The notes under the pieces were generated by a model. The model had not been told where the DNA came from, searched no databases, and saw only the letters and a list, made by a program, of their open reading frames with translations. Below, one piece after another: positions 1-8,161 of a DNA stretch of 39,345 nucleotides (position 1 is its first letter; every line of letters begins with the position of its first letter). The DNA comes from an uncultured Nitrososphaerota archaeon. Its GTDB lineage: Archaea > Thermoproteota > CAYNNH01. A program made the translations under genes and the position numbers. The stretch spans positions 1 through 39,345 of the forward strand of contig CAYNNH010000002.1 in the NCBI GenBank assembly GCA_964398605.1. Reading direction: 5' to 3'.

Positions 1-261
1 CCGCTGATTTACTGGGAACACCGCCCTCTGCAGAAAGCCATCCTCTCGTTCTTGGCTAGGACCATGGAGCCGTCGAACCCCGAGTTGCTCGGCTACAGCA
101 AGCTCCTCTTCTTGGCGGATAGGGTCATCAAGAAGTGGACGGAAGAAGTGAGGCGAGCTTTGGGCCCCCTCGAAAGGCTCATCCTCATTCAGCCCGATCT
201 ACGAGAGTTTTTGTTGTACGCTCCATCATATAGGAGGAGGCGGAGGAGGTATGGAGGCTGA
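1..261 (+). CDS. C-terminal fragment of an upstream gene, possibly a NurA-like nuclease (5' truncated by the window edge)
   Basis: Frame 1 is open from base 1 (PLIYWEHRPLQKAILSFLARTMEPS...) to the TGA at 259-261. The segment LGYSKLLFLADRVIKKW resembles, from memory, the C-terminal GYP..L..A(H/D) motif of NurA. It overlaps the next gene by 11 nt. Confidence 0.4.
   Translation, partial: PLIYWEHRPLQKAILSFLARTMEPSNPELLGYSKLLFLADRVIKKWTEEVRRALGPLERLILIQPDLREFLLYAPSYRRRRRRYGG
232..249 (+). promoter_or_regulatory. Purine-rich multi-GGAGG tract, a Shine-Dalgarno-like ribosome-binding site for the HerA-like gene
   Basis: The tract aggaggaggcggaggagg ends 1 nt before the ATG at 251. It also encodes the RRRRRR tail of the upstream ORF. 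Confidence 0.45.
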
Positions 262-2095
262 AAAGCGTTATTTAACCGATCTCGATGGCAAGCTCGAGGG
301 CTACTTGGCTTACGTGAGGCAGACGAGGGGGGAGGGCGAGGGTGCCGCTTCCGTCTACCAGTGCGACGTAGAGGCGAGGTACAATCGGGAGCTCATGGCT
401 TTCTTGAGCGAAGGGATGCTCATCGCCGTCCCGAACTACCGGTCGAGGGGCGGGGAGAGGAGGTATACCCTCATGGAGGTCGTGGGCTTCTGGCCCGAGC
501 ACTACGGCCTAAAAACTACGGCGGAGAAAGAATATTATCCGTTTAGGGAGGCGCTTTACAAGGAGGCCGTAAAGGACTGGGAAAGGGAAGGGGCTGACGT
601 GACTAGGTTGAAGATAAGGGCCATCCCCATCAACTACGACCTCGTCTTTGGCGAAGAGGGAGCGAAGTTTGAGCGAGGGTGGTCCCAGCCCATTTTGGGG
701 GCGAAGGTCTTTCTCCTCACGGGAGAGGGGATGAGCTTCCTCTACAACTCCGCCATCTTGAAGAAAATGGGCATGAGGCCCGAGGACGAGAGGCTTTCTG
801 CGAAGGAAGCGAAGAGCAACCCCAGGTTGGGCACTTTGCGTTCCTTTGAGGAAGTCCCATTCCTCGTTTCCTTGGAGAAGCTCATACGCTACCACTGCGG
901 AATATTCGCCTTCACGGGAGGGGGGAAGAGCAACCTCGTCGCGAACATCGTAAGGCGCATCCTGTGGCACGTGGAAGAATCGAAGGTCGTCGTCTTCGAC
1001 ATCCAATCCGAGTACCTCGTCCTCCTGCTCGACCTCCTCTCGAACGAGGAAATACCCTCCCTCTTCGTGACCGATGAAGAAATTCCCGAGGACGAAGAGG
1101 AGGCCGTCGAGCGACTGTATGAGATCTCCGTGAAGCCCGACACGCTTTTGGACAGAGTTGGGGCGGACGCGATAAAGAAGGGTATTTCGAAGGTCATAGA
1201 GCTTGGAAGGGTAAACAAGTTCTTGCCTGGTTTGCGCACCAAGAGGCTTACGTACGGGGAGGTGATAAAGGAGATAGAGTCCTACGCGCTCTACGTGGCT
1301 AGGTGGCAGAAAGGACTGTTGGTCAGGAGGAGGGTCCGGGAATCCCTCGAGGCCTTCATGAGGGAACAGGGGAAGGGGACATCCTCCATCGTGGGGCCCG
1401 AGATAAACGAGTGGATAGCGAGCGTCGAGCGCTCCGTCAAGGAAATCGAGGGCGGTAAGCGCGGGAAGCTGAGCGAGCTCTTGGACATGCTCAGGGAGGT
1501 ATCCCAGAGCGAGAAGATCGTCCTGCCCGAGAAGTGCGTGGATGTCGACGCTTTGGTGGAGGAAATAACTAAGGGGGACAGGAGGCTCTTCATCCTCAAC
1601 ATCACGCGACCCGACATCATGCAGAGCGTCGCCCAGACGCTCTGCGAGGAGTTGCTGATGAGCAGGAAGCGGGAATTCCGCATTAAGCCCTATATCTTCT
1701 GCGTTTTCGACGAGGCTCAGAACTTCATCCCGAAGGTGACGGGGAAGGGGACGGAATCCCTTTGTTCGCTGGCGGTGGAGAACCTCATGAGGCAAGGGAG
1801 GAAGTACGGCCTAGGAGTTTGCATAGCTTCTCAAAGGATAGCTGGCCTCAACACGAGCGCTCTCCAGCAATTGCACACGATATTCCTAGGCATCTTGCCC
1901 AGACCTTATGATCGACTGGAGCTCCAGAGGAGCTTCGATGTCCCCTCCAACGTGGTGGACCTCACTCTCCAGTTGGGGACGGGCGAGTGGGTCGTCTGTA
2001 GCTACAACGCGACGGGCTTGCCGAACGTCCCCATCTTCATGAGGGCCGACAATAGCGAGGATGCCGTGGTCGAGGCCCTAAAGAGCCTAGCGTGA
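251..2095 (+). CDS. HerA/FtsK-superfamily (DUF87-type) ATPase
   Basis: 614-aa ORF. It has a barrel-like N-terminus, Walker A FAFTGGGKSNLV, Walker B FCVFDEAQNFIP, and the RQGRKYGLGVCIASQR block typical of HerA-like hexameric translocases. A strong SD lies upstream. Confidence 0.8.
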   Translation: MEAEKRYLTDLDGKLEGYLAYVRQTRGEGEGAASVYQCDVEARYNRELMAFLSEGMLIAVPNYRSRGGERRYTLMEVVGFWPEHYGLKTTAEKEYYPFREALYKEAVKDWEREGADVTRLKIRAIPINYDLVFGEEGAKFERGWSQPILGAKVFLLTGEGMSFLYNSAILKKMGMRPEDERLSAKEAKSNPRLGTLRSFEEVPFLVSLEKLIRYHCGIFAFTGGGKSNLVANIVRRILWHVEESKVVVFDIQSEYLVLLLDLLSNEEIPSLFVTDEEIPEDEEEAVERLYEISVKPDTLLDRVGADAIKKGISKVIELGRVNKFLPGLRTKRLTYGEVIKEIESYALYVARWQKGLLVRRRVRESLEAFMREQGKGTSSIVGPEINEWIASVERSVKEIEGGKRGKLSELLDMLREVSQSEKIVLPEKCVDVDALVEEITKGDRRLFILNITRPDIMQSVAQTLCEELLMSRKREFRIKPYIFCVFDEAQNFIPKVTGKGTESLCSLAVENLMRQGRKYGLGVCIASQRIAGLNTSALQQLHTIFLGILPRPYDRLELQRSFDVPSNVVDLTLQLGTGEWVVCSYNATGLPNVPIFMRADNSEDAVVEALKSLA

Positions 2096-3198
2096 TTGAT
2101 TTAGAAGGGGAGATCAAGGTAGGCGTTAGCAACTACATAAGCAGCCTTTGCCACTCCGTGCTTCGCTTAGAGCCTTACACCACGTGCTACTTCGATTGCG
2201 CTTATTGCTACGCTAGGTGGTACCGGGAAAAGGAAGCCTTTCGCGCCAAGAAAGGCCTGTTGCCCAAGCTCGAGAAGCTCTGGTCTAAGATGACGCATTT
2301 GGAAAGAGTTCCGCCCTTCAGGCTGTCGACTCTCATCGACCCCTTCCAGCCTGCCGAGAGGAATTGGAAACTTTCGCTCAGGATCTTGAGGTTGGCGAGG
2401 AAGTTTCGCATTCCGATCATCCTGAACACGAAGTCGACGCTTTTCTTGGAAGAGCCGTGGAAAAGTATGCTCGAAGAGCTTGCCTCCGATGGGCTTCTCG
2501 TCTTGCAGGTCTCCGTGCCTTTCTTGAGGGAAGACTTTAGGAGGGTCCTCGAGCCAAGGGCCGTGAGCGGGAAGGAGAGGCTTGAGGCGGTAGCGAAAGT
2601 GAGCGACCACGTTCCCTGCGTCATTAGGATGCAACCCATAATTCCCGGCATATTTGAGGAAAGCCTAGACGAACACGTCGAAGCCGTGAGAGATAGCGGC
2701 TCCAGGCACGTGATCGTCGAGTACTTGCGGGAAACTCCGCACGGCCTAGAGGAAATATACCACAAACTAGGGCGGAAATTGGAAAGGGGGATTTGGGAGG
2801 CGTACAGCATCAAGGGAGAAGGCTTGCTGAGGCCCACTCTATCCTATAGGCGCGGCTTATTGGCGGAGCTGAGGGGTAAGCTAGCCAAGTCGGGCATTTC
2901 GCTGGGGCTCTGCAAAGAAGGCTTATACGAGTTTCAGGACGGCAGGGATTGTTGTGGCTTCCGCTTCTTGGATCAAACGAGAGTAGGCTACAGGCTGACC
3001 CTCTACGAAGTGTGGAGGTGGGGCAACGGAGCTTTTGAGAAAGCGGCATCCGACCCCCTCATCCTTTGCGGGGGAAAGCTGGCGGCTTATCCTAACCCCG
3101 TTAGGAAGATTTTGAGGGCTCACGAGAGGAAGTTGATGAAAGTCCTAAGCGATAAGAACGTTCTTCAGAAAGTCTGCCCTTCTTTGGCGAGCGTTTAG
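2092..3198 (+). CDS. Radical SAM enzyme, SplB/COG1533 (DNA repair photolyase-like) family
   Basis: The GTG start overlaps the HerA-like stop (GTGA). It has a CX3CX2C cluster in LEPYTTCYFDCAYCYARW, plus IDPFQPAE, ILNTKS, VLEPRAVS and QPIIPGI blocks in the order seen in COG1533 proteins. Confidence 0.75.
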   Translation: MIDLEGEIKVGVSNYISSLCHSVLRLEPYTTCYFDCAYCYARWYREKEAFRAKKGLLPKLEKLWSKMTHLERVPPFRLSTLIDPFQPAERNWKLSLRILRLARKFRIPIILNTKSTLFLEEPWKSMLEELASDGLLVLQVSVPFLREDFRRVLEPRAVSGKERLEAVAKVSDHVPCVIRMQPIIPGIFEESLDEHVEAVRDSGSRHVIVEYLRETPHGLEEIYHKLGRKLERGIWEAYSIKGEGLLRPTLSYRRGLLAELRGKLAKSGISLGLCKEGLYEFQDGRDCCGFRFLDQTRVGYRLTLYEVWRWGNGAFEKAASDPLILCGGKLAAYPNPVRKILRAHERKLMKVLSDKNVLQKVCPSLASV

Positions 3199-3225
3199 CT
3201 TAATCTACACTCCGCGAATGTTCCT

Positions 3226-4245
3226 GTGATACCGTCCATTATCATGGAAATATGGAGGATCCTCAAGCGCATCAAAAGGACCTTGTCGGGCGTCGCGTTG
3301 GTTTTGCTCTCGACCTTCGCGATCGGAGTTGTGGGCTTCCACTACATCGAGAAGTTGAGCTGGATGGACTCCGTTTACTTTACTTTCGTGACTTTGTCGA
3401 CCATAGGATTTGGCGACATAACGCCCGCTACGCTCTACGGCAAGATCCTCGTTATATTCGTCGCCACTTTGGGAATAGCTTCCTTCGCCACCGTCATAAC
3501 ATCCATCGTCCAGTCCATGGTGAGCGAGCGGATGAACAGGGTCTTAGGGCTCCTTAACCCCTACGCGAAAGGGCACGTGGTGGTGTGCGGTTGGAACGAG
3601 ACCGTGAAAGCGGCGATCAAGGAGTTGCTGGCCCTCACGGACAAGCAAATAGTCATCGTGGACGACAAGCTCGACCGAGTGCCCATCGATGATCCTCGCG
3701 TCGAGTTCGTGAAGGGCGATTACAAGGACCTGAGCGTCTTGAAGAGGGCGGGAGTCGACAAGGCTTCCGACGTGCTCGTGGCGACGGGCAACGATTCCGA
3801 GACCGTGCTCACCGTTCTGCAGGTGAGGGCGCTGAACAAGAACGTGCACATAGCGGCGGAGGCGAGGGGGAACATCAGCGAAGTTCTGAAGCAAGCGGGG
3901 GCGAACCACGTGATAAACAGTCTCACCTTCGGGGGACGGTTGCTCGCCATATCCGTCGTGGAGCCAGGGACGGCGTTCATATTCGATGATTTGAGCTCTA
4001 CGGGTGCTGGGAACGACGTTTATGAAGTGAAAGTGCCCAAGGAGTTCGTCGGGAGGAAGTTCGAGGATTTGGTGAAGGAATTCAAGGAGAAGACCAACGT
4101 CTTGCCGCTGGCTATTCGCAGGGGCAACGAGGTTCTCATCAACCCTTCCCTCGGGGAGGAAGTGACGGAGAAGGACTACATAGTCGTGGTAGCTACTCCC
4201 GAGGAGTTCAAGAAGTTGAAGGCGACGTGGAAAATCAAGGAATGA
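3226..4245 (+). CDS. Potassium channel with a C-terminal RCK/TrkA-N domain (MthK/Kch-like)
   Basis: It has two TM helices flanking the selectivity filter TLSTIGFGDITP. The Rossmann-like HVVVCGWNETVKAAIKEL begins the RCK domain. The start is either GTG 3226 or ATG 3244. Confidence 0.85.
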   Translation: MIPSIIMEIWRILKRIKRTLSGVALVLLSTFAIGVVGFHYIEKLSWMDSVYFTFVTLSTIGFGDITPATLYGKILVIFVATLGIASFATVITSIVQSMVSERMNRVLGLLNPYAKGHVVVCGWNETVKAAIKELLALTDKQIVIVDDKLDRVPIDDPRVEFVKGDYKDLSVLKRAGVDKASDVLVATGNDSETVLTVLQVRALNKNVHIAAEARGNISEVLKQAGANHVINSLTFGGRLLAISVVEPGTAFIFDDLSSTGAGNDVYEVKVPKEFVGRKFEDLVKEFKEKTNVLPLAIRRGNEVLINPSLGEEVTEKDYIVVVATPEEFKKLKATWKIKE

Positions 4246-5305
4246 GCTCCGTGGTGTTGTTGAAGGGCGGGTAGATCAGATCTTCCTCGCGTATAATCCC
4301 GCGCCTCAAGAGCCTCTTCACTTCGGGGACGACTTCCCTCAAAGCGTCCACGAGGGCCTTCGTCAGCGAGCACACCTTCCTGAAACCCTCCTCCCCCCAG
4401 AGCCTCTCCTTGTACGCGTACAGACACCTGCCCCCGCAGTAAGGGAAATAGGAACAGGAAGTGCATGGCTCGCCTATCTTGACCTTGCCGATCAAATCGT
4501 TAGGCTTGTGGCGGAAGATGTCCCCCAAATAAGCCCAAGGAGCGTCGAAGGCTATGGGGCAAGCGATCACTTTGCCGTTCGTCAAAATGGCTACCGAGTT
4601 GATGCCCGATTCGCAAGGAGGGGAGCTTATGGTTTTAAGCCCCAGCAGAGCGGAAATCACCGCTAGGAACGGGACCACGCCGAGGACTTTTCCTTCGGAC
4701 GCTTTTCTAAGCCACAGGTCTCTCAGCCTTCTCAAGCCCCTCACGTAAGAAGAAGCCCATTCGTCGAAGGAAAGCCAAGGCGGGCTCCAAATCACGTTCA
4801 GTTGCCAGTGCACGTGGTCGAAGAGCCCCAAGAATAGGAGGTGGACAACGTCCTCGTAGACATCGCTCCGCTCTGAAATCGTCATTCTAGCGATCAAATC
4901 TCCTCGAAAGCCCACCTTCCTCAGCCATTTCGCCGCTTCTAAGACTGCCCGGTAAACCCCTCTCCCCCTGTAATAATCGTTCACGTGCTCCCTTCCATCT
5001 ATGGAAAGCAGAACGGCCTCCATTCTGCGCCAGTATTCGTCGCCCAATTCCTTAACGAGCAAGCCATTTGTCTGAATCACGTACCTCGCCTCCATCGAAT
5101 CCATGACGGTTTCGATGAAGGAAGGGTTGAGGAGGGGCTCCCCGCCGTAGAAGGCGATGACCGGGTCGGGGTCGTCGCTTAGGAAGGACTTTAGGGCGTC
5201 GACGGAATAGCGCACTTCCCAAGGAACGAGGCTCGGCGGGATGCTTCCGCCGCAGTAAGTGCAACGGAGATTACACCTGCCCGTTGTGAAGACGAAGTAG
5301 AGCAT
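4235..5305 (-). CDS. Radical SAM / SPASM-domain enzyme (putative peptide- or protein-modifying maturase type)
   Basis: N-terminal TGRCNLRCTYCGG (CX3CX2C), GGEPLL, and a C-terminal Cys-rich CTSCSYFPYCGGRC SPASM-like motif. Its 3' end overlaps the K+ channel 3' end by 11 nt. Confidence 0.75.
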   Translation of the reverse strand: MLYFVFTTGRCNLRCTYCGGSIPPSLVPWEVRYSVDALKSFLSDDPDPVIAFYGGEPLLNPSFIETVMDSMEARYVIQTNGLLVKELGDEYWRRMEAVLLSIDGREHVNDYYRGRGVYRAVLEAAKWLRKVGFRGDLIARMTISERSDVYEDVVHLLFLGLFDHVHWQLNVIWSPPWLSFDEWASSYVRGLRRLRDLWLRKASEGKVLGVVPFLAVISALLGLKTISSPPCESGINSVAILTNGKVIACPIAFDAPWAYLGDIFRHKPNDLIGKVKIGEPCTSCSYFPYCGGRCLYAYKERLWGEEGFRKVCSLTKALVDALREVVPEVKRLLRRGIIREEDLIYPPFNNTTELIP

Positions 5306-5635
5306 TCAAGCCTCTGGCGCTTCGGGCTGGGGAGGAATTATGACTATTGGCCTCCCTTCGATTATCGCACGGACTACTTTCTTCCTCCCGCTCTCCAGAA
5401 GCCTCCAAACGGTCCCCCTAGAAACTCCCATCTGCTTGCCAGCTTCTTCTTGCGTCAGTCCCTCCAGATCGACCAAGCGCAAGGCTTCCAACTCGTCAGC
5501 CCTCAGCTCAATAGGGCGCAACTCGGGTGGGATAGGGGGAGGGATCGAGTGGGGGATCATGGCCCAAATCGGCGGACGGAACCTTATAAACCTAGGCTTG
5601 GGAGGCCTCCCCCGTCGGCGGCGGTGACGGTACAT
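5306..5635 (-). CDS. DUF134/UPF0251 family putative DNA-binding protein
   Basis: It has a basic N-terminus (GRPPKPRF.RF.P) and an HTH-like LTQEEAGKQMGVSRGTVWRLLESGRKKV, as in DUF134 proteins. It abuts the radical SAM start. Confidence 0.75.
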   Translation of the reverse strand: MYRHRRRRGRPPKPRFIRFRPPIWAMIPHSIPPPIPPELRPIELRADELEALRLVDLEGLTQEEAGKQMGVSRGTVWRLLESGRKKVVRAIIEGRPIVIIPPQPEAPEA

Positions 5636-6449
5636 CCTTTCTTTTGACTAATTCCGCGATTTTATCAACGATTTTGAAGAAGAGTTGGGCGACTTCTGAC
5701 TCAGGGCGGCGGTATACGTAGGGGGCTTCCTCGCCTATTTCCGGCACCAAGGGGATTCTCGCGAGTAGTAGAGTCCCCAATTCCCTCGCGATGGCCTCTC
5801 CTCCCCCCTCGCCAAACACTTGAGCCACGTAGCCGCAATTCGGGCACTTGAAGTAGCTCATGTTCTCGATGATCCCGAGCAAGGGAACGCCCAATTTCTG
5901 GACCATTATCGCCGCTTTCCTAGCGACCGACGCGGATACCTCTTGGGGCGTGGTAACTACGATCGCCCCATCGATGTCAGGTATGAGTTGCATCACGCTG
6001 AGGGGCTCGTCTCCCGTGCCAGGCGGACAGTCGACGAGGAAGAAGTCTAGGTCCCCCCACTCGGTCAGCGACAACACTTCCATGAGGAATTTGGCCTTGA
6101 GGGGGCCACGCCACACGAGGGGGGAGGATTCGTCCGGGAGTAGGTAAGCCATGGACATGGTTCTGATGGACAGAACCCCCTCGGGAGGGATTATCGTGTT
6201 GTCGGGGAGAACGGAGGGACGGGACGCGTCGGCTTCGAGCATTTTCGGTATGCAGGGCCCGTGCAGGTCGGCGTCGAACACCCCAACGCGATAACCCCTC
6301 ATGGCGAAGGAGCAAGCCAAATTGGCGACTATCGTGCTCTTCCCAACTCCACCTTTGCAACTTAGGATGATCAGTTTGTGTTTTACGTTTGAGAACCGTT
6401 CCTTTATGGCGTTGGAATAATCCTCATAGGTTTTTCTATTCTTGGGCAT
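5592..6449 (-). CDS. Mrp/NBP35/ApbC-family P-loop ATPase (Fe-S cluster carrier)
   Basis: It has the deviant Walker A ILSCKGGVGKSTIVANLA, DCPPGTGDE, and the CPNCG motif. It overlaps the DUF134 start by 44 nt. Confidence 0.85.
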   Translation of the reverse strand: MPKNRKTYEDYSNAIKERFSNVKHKLIILSCKGGVGKSTIVANLACSFAMRGYRVGVFDADLHGPCIPKMLEADASRPSVLPDNTIIPPEGVLSIRTMSMAYLLPDESSPLVWRGPLKAKFLMEVLSLTEWGDLDFFLVDCPPGTGDEPLSVMQLIPDIDGAIVVTTPQEVSASVARKAAIMVQKLGVPLLGIIENMSYFKCPNCGYVAQVFGEGGGEAIARELGTLLLARIPLVPEIGEEAPYVYRRPESEVAQLFFKIVDKIAELVKRKDVPSPPPTGEASQA

Positions 6450-6473
6450 TCAAGGAGCACTACAACGCTCGAC

Positions 6474-6479
6474 TATATA
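6474..6479 (-). promoter_or_regulatory. Candidate TATA box for the Mrp-DUF134-rSAM operon (leaderless-type spacing)
   Basis: The tatata is centred about 28 nt upstream of the ATG at 6449 on the minus strand. Confidence 0.35.
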
Positions 6480-6562
6480 CGAATTTTTCCCTTTCTCCTA
6501 AGCGAGAAAACCGTTCGTCCTTTGGAGGCGATAAGCCACTCCAGAAAGTTTTGTGCTTTTTC

Positions 6563-6567
6563 AAAAA
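6563..6567 (-). terminator. T5 tract immediately downstream of tRNA-Leu (archaeal oligo-T terminator)
   Basis: The minus strand reads ...GCA c taa TTTTT ga directly after the tRNA 3' end. Confidence 0.5.
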
Positions 6568-6571
6568 TTAG

Positions 6572-6657
6572 TGCGGGGGGAGGGATTCGAACCCCCGATG
6601 GGGCCTAAGCCCACGGGATCTTGAGTCCCGCCCCTTCGACCGCTCGGGCACCCCCGC
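6572..6657 (-). tRNA. tRNA-Leu(CAA): tRNA-Leu, anticodon CAA (type II, long variable arm, no encoded CCA, no intron)
   Basis: Folded by hand. The acceptor GCGGGGG pairs with CCCCCGC and the discriminator is A. The anticodon stem is CGGGA/TCCCG with loop CTCAAGA. The variable arm is GGGC-TTAG-GCCC. The T arm is GGGGG TTCGAAT CCCTC. Length is 86 nt. Confidence 0.9.
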
Positions 6658-6713
6658 ACATATTCTTCGATTACCCCTTAGTAAGGCTTTATTGGGTTTT
6701 CCCAATTTAGAGG

Positions 6714-7379
6714 ATGCCCAAAGAGCTAGAAGAGCTCGCCCGCCGAATAAGGAAGAAGAGCCTCCGCAGGAAGGTTCTGAAGTTCTTAAAGGAGCTCGAC
6801 ACGAGCCCCGGGCTCCCCCTTGAGGAAAGCCCGGGAGGGAAAACGAGGCATCACGCATATCCCGGAGGCTTAGTCCAGCACACGTACGCCATGACGAAGC
6901 TCGCGCTATCCCTCTGCGACATCGCGGAAGAGGTGTACGGCTGGAAAGTAGATAGGGACACGGTCATCGCGGCGTGCATACTCCACGACCTCATGAAGGC
7001 GGCGACGTATTCCGCCCTAGAAGAAGGATATGATTACTCCCCTTTGGGCGAGAGGCTCGACCACGTATCGCTCATCATCGCCGAGTTACGCAAGGAGAAG
7101 TTCCCCATGGACGTGGTGCACGCCGTGGCAGCCCATCACGGCGACAAAGGGCCTGTTACGCCGAAGACATTGGAAGCCCTCATCGTACACTTAGCCGACT
7201 TCATGGACGCGAAGTTGAATGGGATGGTGCTCCAGGCGGCGAAGTTCCTCGCGAGGAAATGCGCGAACGTGGAGTTGAGCCTAGTGGATACGAAACTCGC
7301 GTACGACATCGTGACCGCCAAGAAAAAGAAAGGTTGCGAAGGGGTCAAAAAGGTGCTCGAGAAGGCGGGCAAGTTATGA
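6714..7379 (+). CDS. HD-domain metal-dependent phosphohydrolase (YhaM-like HD core)
   Basis: Motifs HHAYPGGLVQHT, ILHDLMK, AAHHGDKG and HLADFMD. Confidence 0.7.
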   Translation: MPKELEELARRIRKKSLRRKVLKFLKELDTSPGLPLEESPGGKTRHHAYPGGLVQHTYAMTKLALSLCDIAEEVYGWKVDRDTVIAACILHDLMKAATYSALEEGYDYSPLGERLDHVSLIIAELRKEKFPMDVVHAVAAHHGDKGPVTPKTLEALIVHLADFMDAKLNGMVLQAAKFLARKCANVELSLVDTKLAYDIVTAKKKKGCEGVKKVLEKAGKL

Positions 7380-8161
7380 ACGTGGGAGAACTCATCAAGG
7401 GTGCCGCGAAAGCCGCCAAAAAAGCCTTGCTCCAGTGGAGGGGAAAACCTTCTTTTTATAAAGTACTGGGAAGGGGGGCGGGAGGGGACGTAACTAGGGA
7501 AATCGACTTGGTGGGCGAAAGAGCGATCATCGGCTACTTAAAAGAGAGAGGATTTCCCTGCACGGTCATAAGCGAGGAGAGCGGAACCATCCCCTTGGGA
7601 GGGGACACGTTCGTGTTCATCGACCCTCTGGACGGTTCCACCAACTTCGTCAGGGGGATCCCCTTCGCCTCCGTTTCAATAGCCATCGGCAAAAGCGAGC
7701 GGTTCAGCGACGTGACCCACGCGGTCGTCTTAGACGTCTTTAGGGATGAATTGTTCTACGCCGAAAGAGGCAGAGGAGCGTACCTCAACGATAAGAAGAT
7801 AACCCCCTCGGGCGGAATCACCGACCCCGTCCTCTCGGCGGATCCTAGGAAAGAGAGGAATGTCGAGATATTCGACATGGTGGGGGCTGCCCGCCACTTG
7901 GGCTCCGTGTCCTTAGAGCTCTGCTACGTGGCTTGCGGGAGGTTGGACTTGCTCGCGGACACAGCGGGAAAACTGCGGGGCGTCGACATAGTCGCCGGGT
8001 GCTTCATCTTGAAGGAGGCGGGGGGTTGTTTGCTCTCCCTCGATGGCAGACCCCTCGATTTCAGGGCAAGTTACGACGAAAGAGTGAGGTTCGTGGCGGG
8101 CCTTAATAAAGAATTGTGCTTGAAGGTGCTCCGCTCAGCGGGTTTTTATCGACTCGAGTAA
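7376..8161 (+). CDS. suhB: Inositol monophosphatase / FBPase-family phosphatase
   Basis: The ATG at 7376 overlaps the upstream stop (ATGA). Motifs are ISEESG, FIDPLDGSTNF, and a C-terminal DIVAG-type motif. Confidence 0.85.
   Translation: MNVGELIKGAAKAAKKALLQWRGKPSFYKVLGRGAGGDVTREIDLVGERAIIGYLKERGFPCTVISEESGTIPLGGDTFVFIDPLDGSTNFVRGIPFASVSIAIGKSERFSDVTHAVVLDVFRDELFYAERGRGAYLNDKKITPSGGITDPVLSADPRKERNVEIFDMVGAARHLGSVSLELCYVACGRLDLLADTAGKLRGVDIVAGCFILKEAGGCLLSLDGRPLDFRASYDERVRFVAGLNKELCLKVLRSAGFYRLE

Noticed and set aside
509-1795. Long antisense ORFs. They include 428 aa opposite the HerA-like gene, 414 aa at 24518-25762 and 244 aa at 24492-25226 around ileS, 249 aa at 22065-22814, 173 aa at 10572-11093, and 204 aa at 38443-39057.
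   Set aside because: They lie entirely within strongly supported genes on the other strand or in another frame. Their composition is Arg/Pro/Gly-rich and low-complexity, as expected for shadow frames in GC-rich DNA, and they show no recognisable motifs.
6519-6548. An imperfect hairpin (tttggag ... ctccaga, 7 bp including one G-T pair, with an 11-nt loop) in the 122-bp spacer downstream of tRNA-Leu.
   Set aside because: The stem is short and weak and the loop is large. On the tRNA-sense strand the wobble pair becomes a mismatch. The adjacent T5 tract already explains termination.
6389-6571. The 60-aa plus-strand ORF filling the Mrp/tRNA spacer.
   Set aside because: It starts inside the Mrp coding region and runs through the promoter and terminator sequence. 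It has no motifs and poor composition, so it is probably spurious.
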